A model generated the notes under the pieces. The model saw nothing but the letters and a program-made list of their open reading frames with translations. It was not told where the DNA came from and did no database searches. Positions 27,171 to 40,300 of a stretch of DNA of 64,000 nucleotides are shown here, one piece after another; position 1 is the first letter of the stretch, and every line of letters begins with the position of its first letter. The DNA comes from Balanoglossus misakiensis (lineage: Eukaryota; Animalia; Hemichordata), in the NCBI GenBank assembly GCA_040954595.2, contig CM082576.2:11535129-11599128 (forward strand), written 5' to 3'. The position numbers were made by a program, and so were the translations under genes.

Positions 27171-29737
27171 GACAAGATAGTAGCGTCAGACGAGATCTCG
27201 TACTTCACAGGCAAATTGGAACTTTCAAAATTAGGATCACCTGGCATTCATTAAAATTGGTGTAAAGTTTGTGGGGGAAAAGAAAGACAGTGATGACTGA
27301 CTTTTAAAGTTAGCTTGTGGCTTTCTCAGAAACTTATATTTCATAACTTCAACACTCGTCAAATACTTTTAAATTTTAAAATCCCATTCCAGCTCATTCA
27401 TTACAGGAGGCGACCAGAATTTCAGTCTGTGAATTAAGACTCAATGGTAAACAGTATCACTTTGTAAACCAGACACCACAACACCAATGTATGATGAAGC
27501 AGACTCGTCTCTTTCTATACATTTTCATTCTGCTGCCGACCGAAAATAACACTTCTTCATTTTTCAAACACCATGAATTTTGCAGAATCATATTTCATTC
27601 ATGCAATTTCTCAAAACTGTTTTATTGCGGGGCCAGTTAAGCTGTACGTGCTGCTATCAAAAGGAAACCAATGTGCCAAAAGGCCTGCGTTACATGTGCA
27701 TATACTCTCTACACACCCGAAAAGAATAAAAAAATGCCGCACACTGCCCTGAGCAAAGATTTCTTGCATCATCTGATTCTTGTGAATGGGAACATGCACA
27801 ATTTATCATATGACGCATATTTGTTCATTTCGATTCCCATATGCTCTTCTCATGAATCATTCATGGGAATACGCGCTCAGAGGGGACTGTACAATACCTG
27901 TGATAGTTTCAAGGGAACATCCTTGGGGTAAATATATATGCACATAAGTAAAATCTATCAGCGAAGCATTATATTATAATCTTTTTTGATGCTTATCAGC
28001 ATTTCTGTATTCATTGTGCTGAATCAAGACTGGATTAATTGAGATTTCTGATGTGCGATCGTTGTTTGCATGAATTATTGACAAATGCCAATGGTGGGAT
28101 TTCGTATTGCGACTTTGACTGGAAAGAAAGAATGAAACGGCAGTGTATTGACTCCAAAGGAGTACTCTTTCACAAACCAAAATCAGACAAGATTAATCTT
28201 GGTGTCCGCTGTGTAATGAACCCATGAATGAGTGCACAGCTTTGCAGACAACAGCTTGTGTTATTAAGGGAATTGTCCCGTCTTTTGAGATTAGTCTGGT
28301 GAACATGGTTTGTTCTAAATCTATTGTTTTTTTAATGGTAAAGTTGGTCCTTTACAGAGACATTTAGGGGTGAAAGGCTACAACTGGTGAAACTTTCCAA
28401 GTTATTATAGTCATCGGTATATCCTAAATATGGGAATCACAAGCAATGACATCATTTCAGGTATGAACCACTATTTGCTGCTTGGATTTGCAAGTCAACT
28501 ATGTAGTAACACTGACTTGAATTGGAAGAAAGGGCAAATTGACTGAGTAGGTCACATGACATGAGGAATTTACCACAGTACTGTTCCCAAGGAATACCGA
28601 ATGGAAAACAGATTAGATAAGTTCTCTCCCGAGTTGGAATTACTATACCATCTTACATGGTATGAACAAAGCTAGTAAACAAAATGACGCATGGTGAACG
28701 CCTGGTGGCGCTATCACTTGCCAGTTTTCGTCAACGAGGTACCAACTGTTTTGAGTCAAATGGGGATTCGTTCATCCACGTGGCTGCCAGATCCTCGATT
28801 AACAACTTCCAGCAAATCGTTGGCTCACGTTAATTCAATTCATTTCCCCACTATACATGAAATTCGTACCAAAAACCAGATGTACACCCTCTCAACTTCC
28901 AAGTCAACCACCGCGCACCGTGTTGTGTACATGTATGTTGCATAAAAACCTCAGTTATGCAACTAACTTATTTTTGCTGGGTGAAAAAAAAAGGTTTTAC
29001 TGCACCTTAAGAAGTTCTTCTTCGTTAGGCGCTACAACATACATGAGCATATAGCCCCCGAAGACTATACCACCCATAACAGCGACGTGGAATACTTTTC
29101 TCGATGCCATACCCACGTTGACTAGTCCAAAGATCATACTGACCTCAAACTCGGCGCAATGACCTTGTTTTGTTATAGCGCCCTCGGTTTACTTGGCAAA
29201 TAATAATGTCCTTTTGTTTTATCAGGGGACCGTACCTCCGAGGAACTTTTCTCAAACTGTACTACTTTGAGGATGTGGGATTCCGCCTCTCCTTCACACA
29301 AGTGGGCTTGATATCTTACATTTTACTAAAATATGGGACCGTCAGCAAAGTCATATTAATTTGCATATTTAATGAATACTGTTCTTACAAGCATAACGGA
29401 TAATATTTATAATCATAGAATTTTGTAGAGTTCATAATCAAGCTGATGGATTTGTATACCAACAAAAAAACAAGGTCATGTAGGGGTCATGAAAATAACT
29501 GACTTCTGACTAGTTTTGATAACTTTTATTTCATAATATAATATTTCACAATTGCATTATATTCACTTAAAAACACACCTTAACAACATCTACAGCCCTG
29601 TATGACTAAGAGAGTTACATGTATCTAATAGCAGTCTCTCAGGGGAAAATGGATCAGCCAATCACACCACTTGTCTGTGCACTTATTCAACAGTATATGG
29701 TGATGCAGTTCATTAAAAATCCCATCAGCCAATCACA

Positions 29738-30454
29738 TCACTTGTCTGTACCAGTAATGTTCCATGCTTTATAGTCGTTTTCCCTGGCATTCTTGATCCC
29801 TCCCCACTCGGCAGATTTGTAAAACACTGGGAAGAAAACATACAGGATGGATGGTGACTAATCAGCCATGCCTCTTCTGAGACACTACTCAGTTGTTAGG
29901 AATCACATCAACAAGTTCTGAGCTACACACTAACATGCCAGTGATGAGGTCTGCTAAATATGAGATTTACCATTCAGTTCCCTTTCTTTCTAATTTGTTT
30001 TTGATAAACTATGCACGGTTAGTGCAGAAGTGACACAGCTTATTATTTCAAGATCGAGAACGAGTCCAAATGCCTTGATTTCCAATGCTTGACATCAACA
30101 CTTACTTTCCAATACTGACGGGTACTTTTTATGCATCATGTGTCTGTAGTCTGGAAAGTAAAAAAATTTAAATGACAGCTATTAACACACAAAATGGAGA
30201 AAAATGAATTCAGGATTTCAATTTCAGAAGCAGAAAACCAGTGCATAAATATTTCCCTTCAACTAGACAGAGTGTGATGCAACCTTCTGTATGATAACAG
30301 ATACCAGTATGCATCCCACTGTAACTGCAGTCTCACCTTGATCTGTGTTCATACGATGAAATACATAGTATGCCCCAAGAAAGCACACCCCTTCTGCAAA
30401 CAATAGGACTTTGAATCCACTTTTTAAGCGCCGTGGGTTAAAATCAATCACCAT
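29738..30454 (-). CDS. CEBPZOS: CEBPZOS homolog, small single-TM protein (83 aa, 3 coding exons)
   Basis: Exons 30454-30337, 30150-30106 and 29826-29738 join in frame to give MVIDFNPRRLKSGFKVLLFAEGVCFLGAYYVFHRMNTDQDYRHMMHKKYPSVLEMFYKSAEWGGIKNARENDYKAWNITGTDK. This is colinear with recalled human CEBPZOS ([35 protein letters not shown]). Confidence 0.9.
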
Positions 30455-30679
30455 TTTGTCAACAGATACTGTCACCTATTAGGCAGGAAAGAGAAATGGG
30501 AGTTGACACCACATAACATAGTATGGCAATCAAAATAAATACACCTGGCTGGGCATGTCAACATGTTGTGGGGAGTAGAACAAGAAACTATTGTACAACG
30601 AATACACAGAATAAAGTACTAACAGATATTATCAACAGTTACATCGGTAGCTGTCTCACTGATAAAATGATCGCACTTT

Positions 30680-30934
30680 ACCTCGTAATACTCATGAGTT
30701 CTGTGAGTGAGATGTCTTTTCGACTGACGTTCTCACTCTCAGATCAGACGAAATGCACATTCTCACCGGCCATAGTCAGTCGTAGTATGTCGCCCTCATC
30801 GGTTTAACTAAGTGTGATAGGAACCTCCTACCTTCTAAATGTAAAGAAAGATCTGGTTGGGTAGTCTGGATTGGTGTTTCATCTTCTGACCAATCAGAGC
30901 GAAGGTTACTCAAACACCATTGACAAGGTGCAAT
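30680..30934. promoter_or_regulatory. Bidirectional CEBPZOS/SLC30A6 promoter
   Basis: Divergent start codons are ~480 bp apart, with opposed CCAAT boxes (ATTGG ~30870, CCAAT ~30890) and minus-strand 5'UTR donors near 30680 and 30766. Confidence 0.5.
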
Positions 30935-33900
30935 ATGGCTGCCACAGTGGTGCCTAATTCCACGTTGCAAGCGTATGATGACGGTTATTTTAGAGGAAAG
31001 TACACTAACTCGGTTAATATGAATCAAGCTACAGATCACCTGTACAAGTCAAGGAATAGTAGTGGTCCGGACAGAGTTGGTAATGTCGCCGTCGATATGA
31101 TTGACGCCCCTGACAGTTCAATGGATATCGTTTCGAACAAGTCGTCAGGTAAGGGTTTGACCGGAAGAATCAAAATAAACTTAAAAACAGCTGTCGCATA
31201 TTTTTTAACCAGTGCCGTGATTAGTAAATTACAATGGGGTTGTCTTTCACAAGGTCGCAAAAAGTATGACGTCTCAGTCTGTGCGCTTGGGAACATGTCT
31301 TTTCTTTATTTATATTGCCCATATTGTACTGTCAATCATCAATGTTACAGTTTTGAAGTTTTACTTTTTCAGTGCGAATTCGTGGTAAGTCATGTGGTAG
31401 CCAGGTACCCTCATGCTCTAACACTCCAACAGAGCCAGAGGTTTACTGTGAATGACAAACGTCAACCATACCATATAAATCACCATAGTAACCAATTCAC
31501 TACTGTGTACAAGCAGCTGATGTTCAGTAGCTCGAGGTTTTGCCTGTTGGTTTGTGCACCCACGAACAGGCAAAACATCAAGCAGTTACTATACTAGGTG
31601 ACTTTCAAAGCTAGAGATGCATCGTAGATCTGTCAGTACAAGTTTGAAGAAATCCTAACCCATCTATCCATTTGTTTTTCAGATGTCAGGCAACGCGGTA
31701 GTCCAGATGGTGTAGTTCATAATAATGAGTTTACAGGAACAATTCACCCTTTTTCAAAACCTCACGTGTCATTTCTTGGCAGGCTCAAACATGAATTAAA
31801 AACAATTCTACAAGAAAGACAGGTTGGTATCTACATTTGCGCAAAAACTTCTCCGAAAATTTCTAACTGGAGAACTAACAGAACTCATTGATCATGAATT
31901 TCATAGTGGTGTCAAAAATTGATTTAATTGTCAAAATTGTCAATTTTGCAGAAGTTCTGAACTATACTATATCCAGTACACTTTGATATTATAACCATCA
32001 TCTCTCTCTTCAACAGGCGAGGAAAATAATTTTTTTGCTGGTCATAAATGTAATTGTATCTATCGTGCTTTTAACGTGGTGCCAGTCTACAAATAGCATG
32101 GGTAAGTTGTTTTTATGTGTAGTTTAGGCTGTTCGTATCTGACTGTATTTTAACCCTTTCAGCCCCAGTTCCCTCTATAGAGGTGGAACTTTACCAAAGA
32201 AGTCAATGAGTTTGGTCTGATAAATGGTGGTGAATACCTTTACCAAGTTTTGATTATCAACTACTGCCATGCAGGCAGTCATGAAAACAGCTGTTTATTT
32301 CGAACACTGGAATGTACAAACAAACAAGAAAACTGGGGCTTATATACAACTTGTACAGTAATGTATGGTCTGTAGTGTGAGAGGGGATAACCAAAGTAAC
32401 ATGTGAATTTGAATGAAGTAAAAAAATGCACTTTTAAAATTATGATAATATTGTTACTAATCAAGGACATCCGTCTTTTGTTTCAGCGTTAACAGCATAT
32501 ACCTATCTGACGATATTTGATATGTTTTCCCTCACAACCTGTTTGATTACAATCTGGACAACAAAACAAAAGCCATCACCCATGTTCACCTTTGGGTAAG
32601 TTTTCACAGAGTTGTCAGGATATAAGACTAGCAAATTTCATATAAGTTTTTTTTACATGGTTTATAATCCGAACATTATAATACACTGTTTTATCAGAAT
32701 TACGAATATGTTAACAGCTATTCAGTGATATCATACTCTTTTTTGTGTTTCAGACATGAAAGATTTGAAGTCCTTGCTGTCTTTTCCTCAACAATTCTTG
32801 CCCAGTTTGGGGCCTTTTTTATCCTCAAAGAAAGGTAATTATCATTTGTCAGACTTGTGATGAGTTATTTTGTGCAGATAATGTTTATGTGTTCGGGGTA
32901 GCTCTTGAAACCCGTCTCAGCGTTACTTATTTCCTTTTTAGGCTGTGATTTTGTTGAAAAGTAAAAATGTGTTTTTGTTTGTAAGAAGTTTGGAATAGCA
33001 TGTTTACATCCAACCAGGGAGAGTGATACTTTTCAAGTTCATCCAACTGTGTTGAATAATAGGCCTACTCCAAAGTAAAATATAGACAGAGTGCAGACGC
33101 TGTATAAGAAGGCATAAGAATGTGGTATACAAAAGAACACATCCACAGGAATACATGTGCCTGGTATTGCCTGCACTGTGGATCCATTTGAATGGCGGGT
33201 TTCTGACATTTCCGCAAATTTCTACTTTCAGTACAGAGAGACTGATACAGCAGCCGGATGTGCACACTGGCCGTCTGCTGCTTGGCGGCAGCGTCGGCTT
33301 CTGCTTTCATCTTTTCATCACCTACGCTGTCCCGAACCGAGCCTTTGATCATGTTATTTTAGCTGCTAGCTCCAGCTGGCTTCAAGAGCATTTTGCTGAC
33401 ATGAGTAGAAGGTATGTATTGTCCCTGGTGATGTTAACTGCCTGATGACTCTTGAGTCTTGTGAACTAGTGATCCAATAACAATGTTGAGCAACATTTGG
33501 AAGGAAAGCAGATGGTCATGTACAATAACCACACATGACTGATCACAGATTCTACTTTTCAAAGTGCATATCTCATGCTGTACATATATCATGATATGTG
33601 TCTCTTTTTTGCAGTATGTGTAGTGTTGTACCAGGTTTAGACAAGTTACTTTTACCAAGAGTTAATCCGCTAGCGTTGATTGGATTTGCTGGTGGATTAT
33701 CAGTTCTTGCAAGTCATTTACTAATAGAAATAAAGTAAGTCAAAAAGTTTATTTTTGAGGTCTGTTTACTTTTCAGTGGGAACAAATTGGATGACCAAAG
33801 AAATAACAAAATGCAAATTTTGATGACAATTTACACACAGTTTCTACCATGTTCTTGCACAAAGTGATGTTTCTTTGTGTACAGTTAGAGTTTTTGGAGT

Positions 33901-35446
33901 GACATGATGCTTGAATTTCCCGTACATAACACTTCTGTGTCTTCTTTCAGCAATTATTACGTAGCAGACACTCTAGCAGCTGTTAGTGTAGCCAGTATGA
34001 TATGTGGCACCATGTTTCCAATGAGTGCTTACACAGGGAAAATGTTACTGCAGACGACGCCTGCGCATATCCTCGGACAGCTGGACAAGTGTCTCAGAGA
34101 GGTGAGTGTAGTAGTTTTCGGTAGTTCTGTTGATTCTTGCTTATGGATAATGGCTTTTTTTTTAAATTGTACTTTATTTGTGTGGTTGTGTATGTTCGTA
34201 GTGGACATCTATTATGATGTCAAGTGTTTTCATCCCAATGTGGTCAATTTCAATCAGTGAAACACCAGGAGAGAAGAAACTTTTTAAATGGGTCAGCCAC
34301 CATGTTTGACTCAAATGATGAACTTATCCTTTTTACTGGTTCATAGACATATTACTGCAATGCAATGCAATACAGTACTGTACTATTCTCCTATACTATA
34401 TGCTGGGTACTATACTATACACTACACTAATGCTGTGCTGTAATGCCTACAAAAATACTGTATATATTTTCATGGTATTTAAGTGGAAAAGTTGAAAATA
34501 AGTAAAGATTAACAAATTGTCATTACACTTCTAGGCTTCTACATTAGATGGAGTACTGGAATTCCGAAATGAGCATTTCTGGACTGTGTCATTTGGAACT
34601 CTTGCTGGGTCGTTACATGTTAGAGTACGAAGAGATGCCAATGAACAGGTAAGATTATAAGTTTTTATGTCAGTGTTGAGTGGTTAATTTGGAAGAAAAT
34701 CCATTTGTGTTTGTTTCTTTGATAATGAGAACTCCTATGTAAACATCTGAAAAAATAGATTCATAATGTACTCACGTACATGTAGTTAAAAATTGCTTAT
34801 CCTTTGTATAAAATTAAAGTAAATTAAAAAATAATGTAAAATGTCTTGATTTACGTAAATGAATGCTAACTTTAACTCATTATACAGTAAAACCTGAAAC
34901 GACATTGATACGTTTTACATTCATTTCCAGATGGTGCTAGCTCACGTCACGAACAGACTGTCCAATGTGGTCTCCAAGCTGACAATACAAGTGTTCAAAG
35001 ACGACTGGACGAGACCCACGGCCCTGTCATCATTTACAAGTTCCTCACTACCCACACCCAGTATGCCTTCATCCAAGTACCCTCCGATCCTCGCCACGTC
35101 CAAGGCCAACCTGCCCACAGCAGCAGCAGCAACGCCCTTCAACGCCTTCACGCCCAGCTTCAGTCTAGCGCAGCACGCCAACAGCATAGGACTGCCGCAG
35201 ATGCCCAGCCGGGCGGCCAGCACCCCGTTCGGCACGCCCAGCAAAAACGTCAGTTTCCACACAGACATTGAACCCATCGCACAGAGTTCGCATCATCACC
35301 CGACGACGGGACCCCTGGCCCATCCGCCGTTGTCGGGCGTCGGTCACGGACAGCCGGGCGCGGGGATCGGACCCTACAGATCGAACGCCATGTACAGTGC
35401 GCCGCAGTACTCGACGTACACTACTCCAACCTCCGCAAACAGATAA
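30935..35446 (+). CDS. SLC30A6: Zinc transporter 6 (ZnT6, cation diffusion facilitator), ~569 aa, 10 exons
   Basis: Exons 30935-31148, 31683-31822, 32017-32101, 32487-32595, 32754-32834, 33232-33411, 33615-33734, 33951-34101, 34535-34648, 34931-35446 are all GT-AG and phase-consistent. Hallmark peptides: ALTAYTYLTIFD, SSWLQEHFADMSR, LLQTTPAH, EASTLDGVLEFRNEHFW, RRDANEQMVLAHVTNRL. Confidence 0.96.
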
Positions 35447-37393
35447 TGCACGCTTTCAACTCTTTGGGGGGTCTCTGTTTTTGTTTTTTTGTTTTTAGAC
35501 AGCTGTATCTTTGTAAATACTTCAGTTAATGCTATTTATCGATCAAGAGAAATTGTATCCAGCATTTGTGTACAACCGTAAAACCAATAGTCGCGAGTCC
35601 GCATGTTTGAATATTTATTCTTATTTCAGAATCAAAGTAACTGCTGATGCGTCTGTGATATGTAATCATTTATCCAAATCAAAGCTGATTCTGTTTGTGC
35701 AAATTCTATTTTACCAAGAATATTTTTTAAAGTATATATTTACTTGATCCTTCTTGCGTCGATGAAATACCTGTACATCTTATAACTGTGTCTGAAATAT
35801 GTTTTGTACAAGAGACTAGGATTTATCGTAACGCAGTAAATAAAAATATGCTAGTCACTGTGCTGTACTCGAGAATGTGTCATTAGAACAGCAAACTGGC
35901 GTGCATTCTTAGAATTATGCAACAATATGAATAAAGCAAAACATTTATTGAATAAAATATGAAACATGTACTGCTAAAGCTGTGGGGTAACTCATTACAG
36001 GTTGATGTTTCATAATAACTTCAAATGAGATACAATGTATTGGTACTGTAGGGACAAAAAAATGTGTGATCTCCGCACTGTGGATTGACGAAGCCCAGAT
36101 TCGTATGGAACACCACAAACAGAACTATGTGCACATACAGGCTTGACTCAACACATTCTTTCATATTGACTGGCTTGATGTAATATAAAGAGCGATGACA
36201 GACTCGCATCTTGTATTAACTACTTTAATTCTAAAAATGACAAACTAAAAAGTATTTATGTACAATAGAGTAATTCATTATTGTGAGTTTTACTGGGCTT
36301 CACTGCAAATGTTGACAAGAAAAGTATTCTCGTCTTTTATAGCATGAACGCTAAAAAAGTCAACTGTTTTCTCCTCGCATTCAAACTGAACAGAAAAATG
36401 CTGGTCTTCATGTGAGGTTCCATTATCCATGACTTACTGCCACAAAAAAGCTAACTTTTCAACAACAAAAAATGTAGAAAGTGATACGGTTTGTTAAAGA
36501 AACCATGTAAATTTAAATTAAACATATGGAAGCAATCTGACTTATATTTCAGATAGACCATTACAAAAAGAATAAACACAAAACCATATTTTTTCTGATT
36601 TTTCAAAATAAAATAAATATTCATTCTACATACACAGCACTACACACTTTGATATCTTAAAAAGAAGAAGATTCATCTGAATAAAAATAAAACATTGAAT
36701 AAATTTTGTTGTCTCTGACTTGACAAAAATAGACTATATGACCAACAGCTTGCAAAAATAAACGTTCATCCCCCCCACCCATATGGCAGTACATGACTTG
36801 TGGTAGGAATACAAATGAATATGCAGACGACAGGAAAGAAGAAGTAGTTCATTTCTTTAAAATGTCACTGAAAAATATGTGTACCTCATATCAAAAATGG
36901 CAGTGCTTTGGTTTAGCTAATCCTTTCAATTTAGAGACAGATGATCACAAACTGAGAATATAGTTGACACACAGGACTAATATTCTATTTTCCATCTCAG
37001 TGTGATTTTCAACGGAAAGTAGGAAGTAAACCCAGGCGGAGTACATCTGTATTTGTACTTTATTAAATGAACTGGGGTTTCTCTGATGAAGACTTCTTCA
37101 CTGGAGTCAGAAAAGTAATCAGTACTCTAACAACTGTATCTAATGTATTAATTCCTTGATAACCATTTTCACAAATATTAGATGTACTAAAAGCATGCTA
37201 CAGCACATTGTGATTGCTATTTACAACTGAACATGGTAAAATATTAACTTTGTTTAATCCATAGCTCAAAAATTGAACGCGCGTGAAAATATACAAGTAC
37301 AGGATATATAACTATAGGATAATCAGTCTATCATCTTGTTAAATAAAATCACATCTTTGTACATCTTGTTCTGTGAAAAGACATTCTCGTCCT

Positions 37394-40300
37394 CTAGTCC
37401 TCATCTGACCAGTAGTAGTCGCATTCATCTTCAGAGTCTGTGTGTTCAGTTTGTCTGACTTCAAACATGTTACTCATTTGTGATGAGCTGGGTTGCGGAT
37501 CTTGGCCGACAGGGACGTGTGCAGATGGGTTTGCCTGTAATCATGTCAAGAAGAATCGATTGCATGAGTGGTGGTTATTAATATCACTGACATAGAAACA
37601 TGTCTACATTATGGGAAACCCTGAAGAGAGTAGATGGCTGACCATATATCTCTCCCCCCAAATCTCCTGATTACTAGTATTCAACTTCAACATTCCAACA
37701 CCCACCTTTGCAGCATTTCTGTTCATTTTCTGCACCAGCGTTGAAGTCTTCCTGTTCTTCTTAACCATGTTAATGTATCTGTCCACCCAGTCACTGTAAT
37801 ATTAAGTTAATGGGGACGGGATAAATAAATCTGACACTATTTTCATTTAGTTGGTAAGAACACAGGGGGCTGCAAACATGAAAGTTATAAATGGCGGAGT
37901 TTCTGCATTTTCCCCCAATAAACAGTACTTGATGAACAGTCTTTGTGCTTGTTTATTTTTCTGTGTTACCTCCACCAGTTCTCACTGACCTATGTTTACT
38001 TTATCAACTTAATCTGTGGATGGGGCACACAAATTAAGTCGTTAGCAGGTGATTAATGGGTAATGGATAGCTTTTATTCTGGATTAGCAAATGATAAGAC
38101 AGGTTGGGAAAACGCAGAACGGAACGTACTTCGCCATTTATAACTTTCATGTCTGCATTCCCCTATGGTAAGAAAGGGGGTGGGGCAGTGAGGGGCATTA
38201 AAACCATTTTAAAGAGGTGGGGCAAACCTAACCATTTCTAACACACTGCATTTTCCTTAAAGGGGAAATCCGCTGTAGCTGATTTCTACATAATTTGGTA
38301 GCTTTGATGTCTCTCTTTCAGAAAAAAACATATTCGCCATGTATAGGTCGCGCGATTTTTTACAAAATCTAGGGAAAGTTGGCAGAATTTCCAATATGGC
38401 GTTTACTGTAATTTGAATCATGGGAAAAAAAGCGCCAGGAGCAACTTCCGCCCACCTTGGTGTGGGTGATACCATTTTCCGATTGGTGTCACTGTGTCAC
38501 AAGCTAAGCGTATTTGCATATTTTTCATGGGTTATAGCTCATGAAAACTGTCAATAGATGACAAATTTTCGACTTTGCTGATGATTGTTTATCAACTGAT
38601 GCAAAGAACAAACAATAGCTATGAAAATACGCCTAGTCTGTCGCCCAGTGACACCAATCGGAGAATGGTATCACCCACACCATGGTGGGCGGAAGTTGCT
38701 CCTGGCGCTTTTTTCCCGTGATTCAAATTACAGTAAACGCCATATTGGAAATTCTGCCAACTTTCCCTAGATTTTGTAAAAAATCGCGCGACCTATACAT
38801 GGCGAATATGTTTTTTTCTGAAAGAGAGACATCAAAGCTACCAAATTATGTAGAAATCAGCTACAGCGGATTTCCCCTTTAAGTAAGATAGATTTATCAG
38901 TCAGATAGAGTTTTGTAGAAGTACATGTATTAGAATCTGAATGTGAAGACACTGACCGATTCACTGACTTGAGCAACCCTGGGCTCAGGAAGCTGGAGGA
39001 AGTTTGTGGCGTTTTCTTTTCTGAGAATGGCGCCAAGCGAGGTAATCTTGCCGATGGTGTGTTGTATTTGGATTTAAAATCGGACATATCCTCGTCGTCA
39101 TCGTCTTCATCCAGTTTCAATCCCTTCACAAACTGAAAACAATAAGCAGAATAAATACATTCCTGTCTTTCACTCTGAGATTAACTTTTGGACTTGTAAG
39201 ATATAGTACTGTTAGTAACCACACATGAGTTGATGCAAGTTGTTTTACCTGATTTTCTGATTCCCGTTCAGCAAAATAGTCATCCTCGTATCCCTCATCT
39301 TGCTGTTCCAACCACTGGCGAATTTGCTTCTTTCTTTTCAGGGTTCCTTTTCCGGCTGTCACTTTGACTGGACCTGTCAAGAGAGTTTACATCATGAATA
39401 AGATTTCTCCTATGAGATTTTTTTTTTACTTTTTGAGGCATGCAAAAAATTTGTCCTAAACTGGTTCTGGTTCGTAGGATTAAAATCAATGTATGCCCTT
39501 AAACAATATCCCCTGTCTGTGAGTGGAAAACAGTCTCCAAACTTGGTGATATGTGAGTACAAGTATCACTCCAAGTTGGTTTCATAACTTCCACTTTTTC
39601 CTGTGTCATAAACCACAGGAGTGTACCCAATACATGTAGGCTTGATAGTAAACACTGAAGTAGAAAACCAGTTACCTTTAGGAGCCTGGTCTGTCTTCGC
39701 TTTCTGATTAGTCTTGTTCTTCCTCGTCCCTTCCTCCATTTCATCCTCTTCTTGGGGAATCTGAAACTTCACAGGTTGTTTCTTTCTCGGTTTTCTTCTA
39801 CCATCTGCACTCCCACCCGTACGCGTTGCAGTTTCAGTCGCTTGGTATTCCTTCTGATTGTTCCTTGCTCTGCCCTTCTTCACGCCCCGCCCGCCGACTT
39901 GCTTCGAGGTTCCAACAGCGGGTTTGGATATCTGTGCAACCTTGCCGTTGTTTGTCCTCAACCGCCCTTTCACCGCCGACTCTGCATCTGAACCTGAATC
40001 TGATTCCGATTCGGGCTCATTCGTGGCCACGTTTCTCTTGTTCTGTGCAGTCCTTCTTTTTTCCTGCAATTCTTGCCCGATCCTGTCCATGCCAGGCTCG
40101 TCCTCGCTGAGTTCGTACTCTTGCAGTGAGCCAGACCGCTTTTTCGTCTTCAAGCAGTCCGACAGCTCAACCTGCACTTTCTTCAGCGGGTACTTTCTGT
40201 AGTAGGACTTCTGGTGTGAGAGCGTCTGCAGTATGTCACCCTGCAGATCGATGGCTGATTCCCTCACATCTGATTCATTGCTACTCGCGTCTTCTACAGA

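Noticed and set aside
38257-38882. Two near-identical ORFs on opposite strands (IQITVNAILEILPTFPRFCKK...)
   Set aside because: They are the two arms of the MITE inverted repeat, not duplicated genes.
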